Assembly: GCA_963765575.1 (NCBI GenBank)
Contig: CAVXWZ010000002.1
Location: 192,001 to 256,000 of the forward strand
Origin: an uncultured cyanobacterium
GTDB taxonomy: Bacteria > Cyanobacteriota > Cyanobacteriia > PCC-6307 > Cyanobiaceae
DNA: 64,000 nt
Direction of reading: 5' to 3'
Under the pieces are notes generated by a model. The model saw nothing but the letters and a program-made list of their open reading frames with translations. It did not search any database and was not told where the DNA came from. The position numbers were made by a program, and so were the translations under genes. Shown one piece after another: positions 30,142-39,203 of the stretch (positions within the stretch are counted from its first letter, which is position 1; each line of letters opens with the position of its first letter).

Positions 30142-30539
30142 TCCCGTTCCAACAGAGGCAGTGGCGTGGCAGGGGAGCGGTGATCACCAGCTTCGGCCGG
30201 GCCGCCCGGAGCGTAAGCCCGGCCCAGCCCAGGAGGCGATCGCAGCCAGCCCATCAGGGTCCGGCGATTCGTGGTCCCACCGCCCGATGTCCCGGGCAGA
30301 GGCATCCCGCCACGGATGCCGGACGATTGTGAGAGCCTGGCCCTGGCGCGATGACGACGCGCTGGCCGGCAGGCCCCGGGCGACCAGATCCATCACCTGA
30401 GCTCGTTGATGCTGCGTCACTGCCATCCGTGCACCGCTCTCGCTCCGGCCCAGGCAACCACCGTGCCCAGCCTGGAGTTGCGTCGCCTTGCCCCGTTCGC
30501 GGTGGACTGGCCGTTCCTGAGGCGCTGAGGATCTCCCCC

Positions 30540-31442
30540 ATGGGGCATCTCGACCTGCTGATCGCCGCTCCCGCCGATCCCAGCGGCCTCACGGGCTGGG
30601 GGGATGGCCACTTCGCCCGGGGCCTGCAGCTGGGCTTGCGGGCCCTGGGGGTGCGCTCGCGCCTGCTCTACCGCGACACCCACCTGAACAGCCCGCCCCC
30701 GCCCCCTGACAGCGGCCTGCTGGTGCTGCGTGGCAAATACGCGGTGCCGACGGCGTGGCTGGCGCGGCAACCCCACACCAGGAAGGCCCTGTGGCTGATC
30801 AGCTGGCCCCTCGATCCCACCCCCGGCGAACTGGGCGCCTACGACCAGATCTTCGTGGCCAGCGCCCAGGACAGGCCGCGGATCGCCCGACTCGGGGGCC
30901 GGCCCACCACCACGCTGCTGCAGGCCAGCGGCTTCCGCCTCTACGGGCCCCCCGAGGCGGCCACGGGAGGGCTGCTGTTCGTGGGCAACAGCCGCGGCGA
31001 GGGCCGGCCGATCGAGGCGGCCTTCCACCGGGCAGGTCTTGCCGTGGAGCTGATCGGTTCCGGCTGGCGGAGCCTGGGACGCGACGTCGAAGCCAGCAGC
31101 ATCGACAACGGCCAGCTGGCCGGCCGCTACCGCCGCTCCCTGGCGGTGCTGAATGACCACCACCAGGCCATGGCCGACTACGGCTACCTCAACAACCGCG
31201 TCTTCGACGTCCTCGCCTGTGGGGTGCCGGTGATCACCGATGCGGCCCCGGGCTGTCCCCCGGAGCTGGAGCCCGCCGTGGTGCTCCACGCGGCCGGCAG
31301 CGATCCACGGGCAAGCCTGGAGCGGGCCGCAGCGCTGCGGGCCCAACCCCAACGGCTGGCCCGGGTCGCCCGGACCGTGCGCCTGGAGCACAGCTTCGAG
31401 GCCCGCGCCCGCCAGCTGCTGGCCCAGATGGCTGGGGCCTGA
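30540..31442 (+). CDS. CgeB-like GT-B glycosyltransferase (Glyco_trans_1_2)
   Basis: WGDGHFARGL, LLVLRG, WLISWP, LFVGNSRG, VLNDHHQAMADYGYLNNRVFDVLACG, HSFEARA. Confidence 0.75.
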   Translation: MGHLDLLIAAPADPSGLTGWGDGHFARGLQLGLRALGVRSRLLYRDTHLNSPPPPPDSGLLVLRGKYAVPTAWLARQPHTRKALWLISWPLDPTPGELGAYDQIFVASAQDRPRIARLGGRPTTTLLQASGFRLYGPPEAATGGLLFVGNSRGEGRPIEAAFHRAGLAVELIGSGWRSLGRDVEASSIDNGQLAGRYRRSLAVLNDHHQAMADYGYLNNRVFDVLACGVPVITDAAPGCPPELEPAVVLHAAGSDPRASLERAAALRAQPQRLARVARTVRLEHSFEARARQLLAQMAGA

Positions 31443-31452
31443 GCCAGGCTGA

Positions 31453-32086
31453 TCAGGCGCCGGGCTGCTGACGCTTGCCCTTGGCCACCACCTTCGTCTG
31501 GCGCTGGTCCGGCGGCGGTGGGGCACTCAAGGGGGGAATGCCCGCTTTCTCAAACAGCTGCTCGAGTTCGTCGAGGTAGGCGGAGAACGCCTCCAGCTGC
31601 AGGGCTTCCTGCTTGAGGTCCTTGGGCAGCTCAGCCCAGGGATCCTGGCGACCGGCCTTGATCCGGCGCCGGCGGCGCTGCTCCACGGCCTTCTTGAGCA
31701 GCTCCTGGTAGGCCATGTGCTGGGGATCCTCCAGCAGGGCCCTGGTGAGCTTCTTGATCGCCGGCACCGGCTGCTCCTCAGCCAGATGGGCCTTGACCTC
31801 GGCGGTCGTGCGCCGGCGCAGCTCCTTCCACTGGGCCAGGCTGCGCTTCTCGCCGGCACCGGGCAGCAGCAAGGAGCGGGGCGAGGGGCGCCTGGTCTTC
31901 GCCTTGGGGCCGCTGGGGGATGGACGGCGACCGCTCAGGCGCTGAACCAGCGATCGCAACCGGGCCCAGAAGCTGGGCCGCTGGCGACCGGACTGCCGGG
32001 CCTTGCCCGCCTCGGCGCGGTTTGCCGGGTGCGGCCAATGGACCGGACGGGGCGAGGTCCGGGGCTGGGGTCTGGGCTCTGGGCAT
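31453..32086 (-). CDS. Hypothetical helical protein (probable frameshift near 32010; start uncertain)
   Basis: Protein-like C-terminal half (AIKKLTRALLEDPQH..YQELLKKAVEQ..LEAFSAYLDELEQLF). ATG 32086 is one frame off. Confidence 0.55.
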
Positions 32087-32110
32087 GCCGCCAGCGGATC
32101 TGACTCAATC

Positions 32111-33595
32111 CTACGGGCCCTGTCCGGGCAGGCCTGGCAGGGGCTGGGCGCCCGCGGCCTGGAGCCGGCGCCGCACCGCCCGCTCCAGGGCCGGCAGGGG
32201 CGGATCACTCCAGGGCTCGAAGCCCCCATCCCAGCTGCCGCCTGAGGCAATCAGGTCGTCCCCCTGGGCCAGCTCGGGGCTGAAGGGGGCCTCGATCAGC
32301 AGCCAGCGCCAGTGCACACCGGCGGGCAGGGGCAGATCGGCCAGGGCCGGCTGCCATTCGAAGGGTGCCCAGAGCTGCAGGGGCGCTGCCGCCTCCAGGG
32401 CCGCCGGCCAACCCTGGGGCCAGCGGGGCTGATCGGGCCAGCCGGGGCCCCAGAGCTGGGGATCGGCCAGCAGCAGATGGCGGCTGGCGGCCGGCTGGGC
32501 AGCGGGATCAGCAAACAGGGCCGGCTGCGTCGCCAGCCGCGCCGGGCCTGACGGCAGGGGCGGGGCGGCCGCCCAGCTGCGGCGATGGAGGCCCAGGCGC
32601 CAGGCCATCAGCAGCTGGCGGTAGTGGCGGTTCCAGAGCAGGTGGTCGCTCACCACCCCAGGCCGCAGCTCCTCGGCCGTGGGCACCAGCCAGGGCCAGG
32701 TGAGCCAGGGTTTGGGGCCGGCGAAATGGAGCACCGAGAGACCCTCGGGGCAGCCGCCCAGGTAACGCACCAGGTACTTCACGTTGCAGTTGAAGTTGAG
32801 GGGCAGCAGCTCCAGGGGCTGGTCGGCCAGCAGCAGGTTCCACACCTTCTGGTCGGCAAAGCGATCCAGCAGCGGACACACCGGCTGGCCGGCCGCGCCG
32901 ATCAGGGCCAGCAGCCGCTGCTCCAGGGCGTCGCAGAGGGCCCAGCCCGGAATCGAAAGCACGCCGGAGTTGAGCACGGGCCGGCCGGTGGCCGGCGACA
33001 CCGCCGCCCAGGGCCTGTCGCCGCAGTCGGGGACCGCCCGGAAGGGATCCCCCTCCGCCCAGAGGGGATCGAGGGCGCCGGTGATCAGCAGGTCGGCATC
33101 CAGCACCACCACCCGGCGGTAGCCCCGCAGGCTGAGGGCATGGCTGTTGAGGTAGCCGAGGACACCGATGCGAGCGCGGTTGGCCGAATCCCGGGGCAGT
33201 TGCCCGGCCCAGGCGGCCTCGGGCCGCACAAACTCCAGCTGGGGATGAACCTGCCGCAGCCGGCGCTGCAGAAAGCGGCCCAGGCTGCCGTCGTGGGCCA
33301 CCACCACCGGGGAACTCAGCTGGGGATAGATCGCCCGCAGGCTGAGCAGCAGCGCTTCCAGGGCCCGCACAAAGCGCGCATTGGCGACGGTGACGAAGGC
33401 CACCTGCGGCCCCGGATCGCGGGCCTCCAGGAGGGTGTGGTGGCGGCTGGGCCAGTGGCGCTCCCCCAGCAGCTCGAGTTCGGAGCGGCGCAGCAGCTGG
33501 GGGTCAGGGGCCGCGGCCCGCAGCTCCTCCGCCCGCCGCTGTCCCTCAAGCTCCAGGCGGGCCCGATCGAGCCAGCCGTAGGGCGTGGGTGCCAA
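32111..33595 (-). CDS. Glycosyltransferase family 8
   Basis: VVVLDADLL (DxD), LNSGVL, DQKVWN, LPLNFN, VLHFAGPKPW. Confidence 0.8.
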   Translation of the reverse strand: MAPTPYGWLDRARLELEGQRRAEELRAAAPDPQLLRRSELELLGERHWPSRHHTLLEARDPGPQVAFVTVANARFVRALEALLLSLRAIYPQLSSPVVVAHDGSLGRFLQRRLRQVHPQLEFVRPEAAWAGQLPRDSANRARIGVLGYLNSHALSLRGYRRVVVLDADLLITGALDPLWAEGDPFRAVPDCGDRPWAAVSPATGRPVLNSGVLSIPGWALCDALEQRLLALIGAAGQPVCPLLDRFADQKVWNLLLADQPLELLPLNFNCNVKYLVRYLGGCPEGLSVLHFAGPKPWLTWPWLVPTAEELRPGVVSDHLLWNRHYRQLLMAWRLGLHRRSWAAAPPLPSGPARLATQPALFADPAAQPAASRHLLLADPQLWGPGWPDQPRWPQGWPAALEAAAPLQLWAPFEWQPALADLPLPAGVHWRWLLIEAPFSPELAQGDDLIASGGSWDGGFEPWSDPPLPALERAVRRRLQAAGAQPLPGLPGQGP

Positions 33596-33603
33596 GGGGA
33601 ACG

Positions 33604-34972
33604 TCAGCGGCGGTTGATGATGCCCAGGCTGAAGGAGCCGATGCCCCAGGCCGCCACCAGGCCGCCCAGCACCCCCAGGAAACCCTTCCAGCGCCAGTCA
33701 CTGACCTGCTGGGTGGGGGTTTCAGGATCGGAGAGGCGCACCAGAAACTTGAGCTGCTGCTGCACCCGCTGGCGGTTGGCGTCGGCAGAGGTGATCGCCG
33801 ACTTGACGGCCTCGGTGGCCAGCAGCACCTCGGTGTCGAGCTTGGAACTCTCGGCGAGAATGCGGTTGAGATCCTTGCCCTCGGGATTCACGAGCTGGGC
33901 GCGCTCCTCCTGAATCTGGCGCTCCAGTTCGCGCACCTGGTCGGTGACCCAGGCCACCTCAGGGGTGCTGTGGTCCTTGAACTGGCGCTTGAGGCTGGCT
34001 TCCTCCACCTTCAGATCCACCAGCCTGCTCTCCATTTCGGTGATGAAGCCGGTGGTGGCGGCGGCCGTCTGGGAGAGATTGACCTCGCCAAACTGGTTTT
34101 TGAAAGCGTTGAGGGCGGCGTTGGCCTTGTCGAGGCGGTCGCGCGACTTCTCAATCTCCTTCTCGAAAAAGCGCTGCTGGTTGAGGCTGATCTCCTGGTT
34201 GGTGCGGTTGAGAAACTGCTCAGCCTCCTGCAGCAACAGCTGGTTGAGGCGAAAGGAGGCCTCCGGCTGCAGGCCGATGGTGGTGAGATTGATGACGCCG
34301 CTGAGGTCCTGGGGGGTGACGAAGACCTGGCGGCGGAAGAAGGACAACTGCTGGTCAAAATCCGCATCTGTCACTCAGGCCAGCAAAGGGATCGCCCGGC
34401 TCCCGTGCCCAGGTTTCCGAGGGGCGCAACTGCAGGAACACCCGCTTCATCACCTCAGGAGAGGTGAGATAGACCGCCAGGAAGCGGCCGTCCTCCAGCG
34501 AGCCCAGCATGGTGGGCCCCGCCAGGGTCGTGCCCAGCAGGGTGCCTGTCGTGCCGGCGGGCGCCTGGGGCAGGCGCACGATGAAGCTCGACTCCACCTG
34601 GTAGCGGTTGCGGCCGATGGAGAAGAAGTAGATGGCCGAGCTGGCCACCACCACAACGGCCAGCACCACCGGCAGGGGGATGCGCAGAATCGGCTCCAGA
34701 GGGGCCTTGAGGCGGTCGCGCAGGCGGATGCGGCTGGAGGCGGGGCTGTCGTCGGTGGGTTCGACGTCTCCAGGCACCAGATCGCTGGCCGGAGCGGTCG
34801 GGGCCTGCAGACCGGCGATCATGGACACGCCCCAGCGACGGGCACCGGAGGCCCGGCGACGAAGCCGATCGCCACCACCGCGCAGCAACGCTGCCAGCGA
34901 CTCGGTGGCAGCCGCAGTGCGCCGAGCTCCACGACGGAACAGGGACCGCTCGGCACGGGTCTGCTGAATCAC
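33604..34972 (-). CDS. kpsE: Capsule export polysaccharide co-polymerase KpsE (frameshift near 34370)
   Basis: N-terminal TM segment followed by RYQVESSFIVR, YLTSPEV, a long coiled-coil periplasmic region and a C-terminal TM segment; directly downstream of kpsM. Confidence 0.78.
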
Positions 34973-35021
34973 GCGAAACCCACTCTCAACTTACGGCGAC
35001 AGGCTACCAGTGCCATCCAGG

Positions 35022-35879
35022 TCATCCCTCAAGATCAAAATTCTCGGACCCGGGCAGGTCCTCAGTGGAAAACAACACTTCTTCGTTGTTTCCGTAGATG
35101 AATAGGCCCAAACCGATAGATCCCACCACCCAGGCCCAGAAGTAGATGATGCTCACTCCGGGGATGGGGTAAGCAGGGTTGAAGCTCTGCCTGAGTAGCT
35201 CAACACCGTGGGCAATCGGATTCCAGAGAATCCAGCGACGAAACTCATCGGGAATGATCCGTATCGGGAAGAAGATGCAGGATGTCCACAAGAGGATACG
35301 GCGCAGGAACGTCTTGACAACCCAGGCCAAAAGGGGCAGACGGTGGCCAATAATCAGAGTGGTAAGACCAACTCCGAAGCCCAGCAGGGCAATGCCCACG
35401 AACAGAAAGATGGCCCGGCCTGGATTGGCCAGCACCAGCTGCCACTCCCAGACCGCCACTCCCAGAACGAAGAGCAGCAGCATCATTCCAAAAATCTGGC
35501 TGGTGAGCAGAGCATTCCCCATCAAAGAATCCAGGGGCCGCAGGCGGCGGTAAAAGTAGAGATCACTGCTCTTCTCCACACCGCTGATCGCCTTGATTGC
35601 CACATCAGCAAACATAAAAAAGGGAACAAAACCCAGGGCCAGCCAAAGCACCAGGTTGAGGTAATCGCCTTCACCAGCTCCCCGCAGCAGAATCCTCAGG
35701 GCCAGGAACGTACCGATCAGCGCCAGCGGCTCAAGAAACACCCCGGCCGCGCCGAACACGCCCTTGGCAGCGCGCAACTGCATCTCGCGGCGTGCCACCG
35801 CCGTGACGATGCGGAATTGCAGCAGGATCTGCGAGAGGGCGTGGCTGAAGGCCCGGCGCGCCATGGGTCGCCCCATCAA
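35022..35879 (-). CDS. kpsM: ABC-2 capsule export permease KpsM
   Basis: RIVTAVARREMQLR, FLEPL, six hydrophobic segments, IFFP..IP, LWNPIAHGVELLR. Confidence 0.85.
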   Translation of the reverse strand: MMGRPMARRAFSHALSQILLQFRIVTAVARREMQLRAAKGVFGAAGVFLEPLALIGTFLALRILLRGAGEGDYLNLVLWLALGFVPFFMFADVAIKAISGVEKSSDLYFYRRLRPLDSLMGNALLTSQIFGMMLLLFVLGVAVWEWQLVLANPGRAIFLFVGIALLGFGVGLTTLIIGHRLPLLAWVVKTFLRRILLWTSCIFFPIRIIPDEFRRWILWNPIAHGVELLRQSFNPAYPIPGVSIIYFWAWVVGSIGLGLFIYGNNEEVLFSTEDLPGSENFDLEG

Positions 35880-36946
35880 CTGAGCGCCATCGTATTGGCC
35901 TTTCCAGGCTGCAGCAGCTGCTTCAGGGACCGATTCTGCTGACGCAGGCGGGCGATCGCCTGCGACACCAGCTGCTCAAGCCGGCGGCGCTCGGTCGGAT
36001 CGTCCGGCGGGGTGAACACCCGCCGCTGCATCGCCACCACCGGCATCCGCTCGTCCCAGCGACAGCCCCACACCCTGCTGGCAAAGGCTGCATTGGCGGA
36101 CGCGAAGTGATCGGCGACCCTGGCAGCAGAGGCCCCATCGAAACCGCAATAGCGGTCGTCGGTCCAGCCCTCCTGCTCGGCGACGCGACGCACCACCGAG
36201 CCGCTGTTCGGCAACGTGCCGGGATCCAAGCCAAGCTCCAGCAGGCGGGCGCTGATCGCCTGGGCCAGCCAAACCCCCCGGCAGCCGGGCTGCACATTGC
36301 CCCGCGAGGGATCGGCGGGCCGCCAGCCCTCTTCGGGTTGCCGCCAGCCCTGGGAGGCCACCAAGCGCTCGAAGGGATCCCCGAGGCCGGGGTCATAGGC
36401 AAGAAACTCCAGCTCCAGGTCGGCGCTCCCGTCCGCCTGGTCGAGAAGGGGGGTGAACAGATGGGCGTAGTCGTAGATGGAGCGGCGCCCCTTGCCCAGC
36501 TGCACCTCCACATACTGCTCGAAGCTCTGGTGGTGATAGAGGCGGCGGGTGGAGTGAACGAAGCGGGCGTTGATGTAATCGGGCTGATCGCGCAGGAACA
36601 CCACCACCCGCAGTCGAAACCCCTCCTCGGCCAGCACCTCGAGCAAAGGGCCGTGGCGATCGGGGCGCGCCAGGGGCTGGGTGAAGTGCTCGCCGCTCAT
36701 CAGCACTGTGCCGGCGCTGGAGGGCAGGGCGCGCAGGTAGTCCCGCCATGGCTCCAAGCTGCCGCTGACCAGGGCGCCGGCGAGTGACTTGAACTTGAGC
36801 GCCACAGAGGCGGGGTAGTGGAGCGTGACGCCGGCGCGGGCCAGGGCGGCAATGTTGGCGTTCAGCCGGCTCTGGATGTAAGAGGTGGCTGTTTTGTGGG
36901 TGCCTGCGTGGATGACGAGCAGACGTGAGGGCTGGAGGGAGGACAT
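35876..36946 (-). CDS. Sulfotransferase-fold (P-loop) protein inserted between kpsT-like gene and kpsM
   Basis: LVIHAGTHKTATSYIQ, LMSGEHF, FLRDQPDYINARF; paralogue of 40277..41284. Confidence 0.68.
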   Translation of the reverse strand: MSSLQPSRLLVIHAGTHKTATSYIQSRLNANIAALARAGVTLHYPASVALKFKSLAGALVSGSLEPWRDYLRALPSSAGTVLMSGEHFTQPLARPDRHGPLLEVLAEEGFRLRVVVFLRDQPDYINARFVHSTRRLYHHQSFEQYVEVQLGKGRRSIYDYAHLFTPLLDQADGSADLELEFLAYDPGLGDPFERLVASQGWRQPEEGWRPADPSRGNVQPGCRGVWLAQAISARLLELGLDPGTLPNSGSVVRRVAEQEGWTDDRYCGFDGASAARVADHFASANAAFASRVWGCRWDERMPVVAMQRRVFTPPDDPTERRRLEQLVSQAIARLRQQNRSLKQLLQPGKANTMALS

Positions 36947-36953
36947 CGCAGGC

Positions 36954-37874
36954 TCAGCTGAAGCGCCCCGGGGCAGTGGACGCAAAGAATGCACCGGGAC
37001 CGTTGTCGCGACCGCCGGAATCATTGGCGCCGGAATCATTGGCGCCGGAATCGTTGCCGTCAGAATCGCTGTCGTCTTGGTCGTCGTCGTCATCCATCAG
37101 GCGGCTGATGCGGGCGTTGATGCGCTCGCGACGGTCGTTCTTGAGCCGCTGGGATTCCTCTTTCACCATCTCCAGGCAGACCTCGGGATCACCGCGGTAG
37201 GCGAGCCGTCCATTGACGATGGCCACGCCCACATCGCAGTAGTCGAGGGCCAGCTTGTTCTGACCGGGAGCCGCCATCACCATGGTGCGGCCATCGATGC
37301 GCTGCTCGAACAGCTCCCGGATCCGCACCGAGTTCGGGTGGATGGCCCGATGGTCCCAGTTGCTGATCTTACCCACCGTCATCACATCAAAATCGAAGGC
37401 CAGCGACACAGCCAGCTCCAGCGACTTGCGCATCGGCCCCTTCCAGGAGGCCAGCGGTTCATGGAAGATGGTGTCATCGACGCCGGTGATCTCCTGGATC
37501 AGGGCCAGATCCTGGCCCATCCGCCCTGGTGCGCTGTAGATCTCGGCCGCGAAGCGGGCGTTGATATAACCGGAGAGTTTGTTGCTGAACGCCTGGTTGG
37601 AGCCGATGGGCCAGGACACCGAGCCGTGGTGCAGCACCGTGCCCTTGTCGGGTAGTTCCACCCCGGAGAGACAATCCAACAGGGTCTTGGCCTCGTAGCT
37701 GTTGACGCTGAACAGGGCCAATCGGTGGCCGTGGACCACAGACAAGGAGAGGTCGGTGAACGCCTTCTTGACCTCGTTGACGCCGGCCTTGAGGAGCTTG
37801 GAGGCCCGCTGCACTTCGATCACCGTGGACGGCGCGTTCACCGGGGACGGCTCGATCACGGGGGGCGAAGTCAT
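36954..37874 (-). CDS. kpsT: KpsT-like ABC nucleotide-binding subunit with all catalytic motifs degenerate
   Basis: KpsT scaffold is kept (SG..LPDKG, VSWPIG, LSG..NARF, SLAFDFD, YCDV). Walker A reads SVNSYEAKT, signature WKGPM, Walker B VMTVGK, H-loop MAAP. Confidence 0.7.
   Translation of the reverse strand: MTSPPVIEPSPVNAPSTVIEVQRASKLLKAGVNEVKKAFTDLSLSVVHGHRLALFSVNSYEAKTLLDCLSGVELPDKGTVLHHGSVSWPIGSNQAFSNKLSGYINARFAAEIYSAPGRMGQDLALIQEITGVDDTIFHEPLASWKGPMRKSLELAVSLAFDFDVMTVGKISNWDHRAIHPNSVRIRELFEQRIDGRTMVMAAPGQNKLALDYCDVGVAIVNGRLAYRGDPEVCLEMVKEESQRLKNDRRERINARISRLMDDDDDQDDSDSDGNDSGANDSGANDSGGRDNGPGAFFASTAPGRFS
37014..37073. repeat. 15-bp tandem repeat (gccggaatcattggc x2 plus 2 degenerate copies) encoding DSGAN repeats in the acidic tail of the KpsT-like protein
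   Basis: Units read directly at 37014, 37029, 37044 and 37059. Confidence 0.85.
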
Positions 37875-37973
37875 CAGGGCAGATCGCAGCGGAGGCGGTG
37901 GCGAGGCGAGCGAATGAAAGCAGAGCAGCCAGGACGGGGCCAAACCTACTCTGGGTGATCCCGAATCCAGGTC

Positions 37974-39203
37974 GTGCCCAGGCTCAGCCGACGCCAGTTT
38001 CTGATTGGCCTGCCGGCCGCCGCCGCGGCGGTGGCTGTGGGCCAGGCCGGTGTGGCGCGCCGGAACGGCTCCGCGCAGGCCGCCGAAACAGCGGTGCTGA
38101 TCCAGCGCCCGTTCGTGTCGGGCTTCGATGGCTACACCTGCTACCGCACCCCGGCCCTGGCCATCTCAGACCAAGGCACCGTGCTGGCCTTCTGCGGCGG
38201 CCGGGTGGACAACTGCAAGGACGAGGGCAACATCGATGTGATCCTGCGCCGCTCCACGGACGGCGGCCGCAGCTGGGGCCCCCTGCAGGTGATCGCCAAC
38301 GATGGCCGCAACCCCTGCAAGATTCCGCTGCCGGTGGTGCTGCCCAGCGGCCGCATCCTGGTGATGTGGCTGTGGAACGCCTCGGTGCGCAGCAAGGAGG
38401 ATCGCGGCCGCCGCCATGTGCGCCTCACCAGCTCCGACGACGACGGCCGCAGCTGGACGCCGGCACGGGACATCACCGACCAGGTGCGGCTACCGGGCTG
38501 GAAACCTTGGTACGGCATCGGTCCCGGTCACGGCATCGTCAAGCGGCGGGGTCCGGCTGTCGGTCGCATCGTGGTGCCGGCCCGCCATGGCCTGCGGGGC
38601 CGCGGCAGTGCCTCCCACCTGCTGCTCTCCGACGATGGCGGCGAGAGCTGGCGCGTGGGCGCCGTGGCCGGCTACAGCCCCAGCAGCGAGTGCAGCGTGG
38701 CCGAGCTGGCCGATGGCAGCCTGATGCTCAACAGCCGCAGCCAGGGCGGCCGGCGGGTGGTGAGCATCAGCCGTGACGGCGGCCTGACCATGGCCAGCAG
38801 CGGCCCCGACCCCACCCTGATCGAGCCGGAAAACGGCTGTCAGGCCAGCCTGCTCAGCTATGCCTTCAGGGCCGACGGTCAGACCACCCTGCTGTTCTCC
38901 AATCCCGTGGATCCGCAGCTGCGCACCAACGGCCGCATCCAGATCAGCCGCAACGACGGCCGCAGCTGGCAGCGCGGCTACGGCTACGCCAGCAGCCGGG
39001 GGGTGTTCACGGGCTACAGCGATCTGGCCCGCTTCGGCAATGGCGATGTGGCCCTGCTGTTCGAGTCGGGCGCCGACGCCCGCAAAGCCCGGGGGGAGGC
39101 CAAGCGGCGCAACCGCGAGCGGCTGGATGGCCGCGGCGACAACCGCCATGACGCCATCGAATTCCGGCGGGTGCCCTTCAGCCTGATCAGCGGCAACCCG
39201 TGA
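37974..39203 (+). CDS. Tat-exported GH33 exo-alpha-sialidase (sialidase/KDNase family)
   Basis: SRRQFL twin-arginine signal; YRTP (RIP motif); Asp boxes STDGGRSW, SDDDGRSW, SDDGGESW, SRDGGLTM, SRNDGRSW; SECSVAEL, LNSR, GYSDL. Confidence 0.88.
   Translation: MPRLSRRQFLIGLPAAAAAVAVGQAGVARRNGSAQAAETAVLIQRPFVSGFDGYTCYRTPALAISDQGTVLAFCGGRVDNCKDEGNIDVILRRSTDGGRSWGPLQVIANDGRNPCKIPLPVVLPSGRILVMWLWNASVRSKEDRGRRHVRLTSSDDDGRSWTPARDITDQVRLPGWKPWYGIGPGHGIVKRRGPAVGRIVVPARHGLRGRGSASHLLLSDDGGESWRVGAVAGYSPSSECSVAELADGSLMLNSRSQGGRRVVSISRDGGLTMASSGPDPTLIEPENGCQASLLSYAFRADGQTTLLFSNPVDPQLRTNGRIQISRNDGRSWQRGYGYASSRGVFTGYSDLARFGNGDVALLFESGADARKARGEAKRRNRERLDGRGDNRHDAIEFRRVPFSLISGNP

Noticed and set aside
30121..30150. 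10-bp near-tandem repeat (atcccgttc x2) at the start of the large GT2 gene
   Set aside because: Only two exact copies; no evidence of function.
30184..30426. 80-aa minus-strand ORF containing LTIVRHPW, reminiscent of a sulfotransferase motif
   Set aside because: Too short, with only one weak motif; could be a gene remnant but cannot be supported.
33604..34972. kpsE (and bioF) as true pseudogenes or phase-variable genes
   Set aside because: The frameshifts are not in slippery tracts and fit the window-wide +1 error pattern.
36946..37093. N-terminal extension MTTTTKTT...IPAPMIPAPM of ORF 35876..37093
   Set aside because: It is the alternate-frame reading of the KpsT-like acidic tail; the start at 36946 fits operon spacing.
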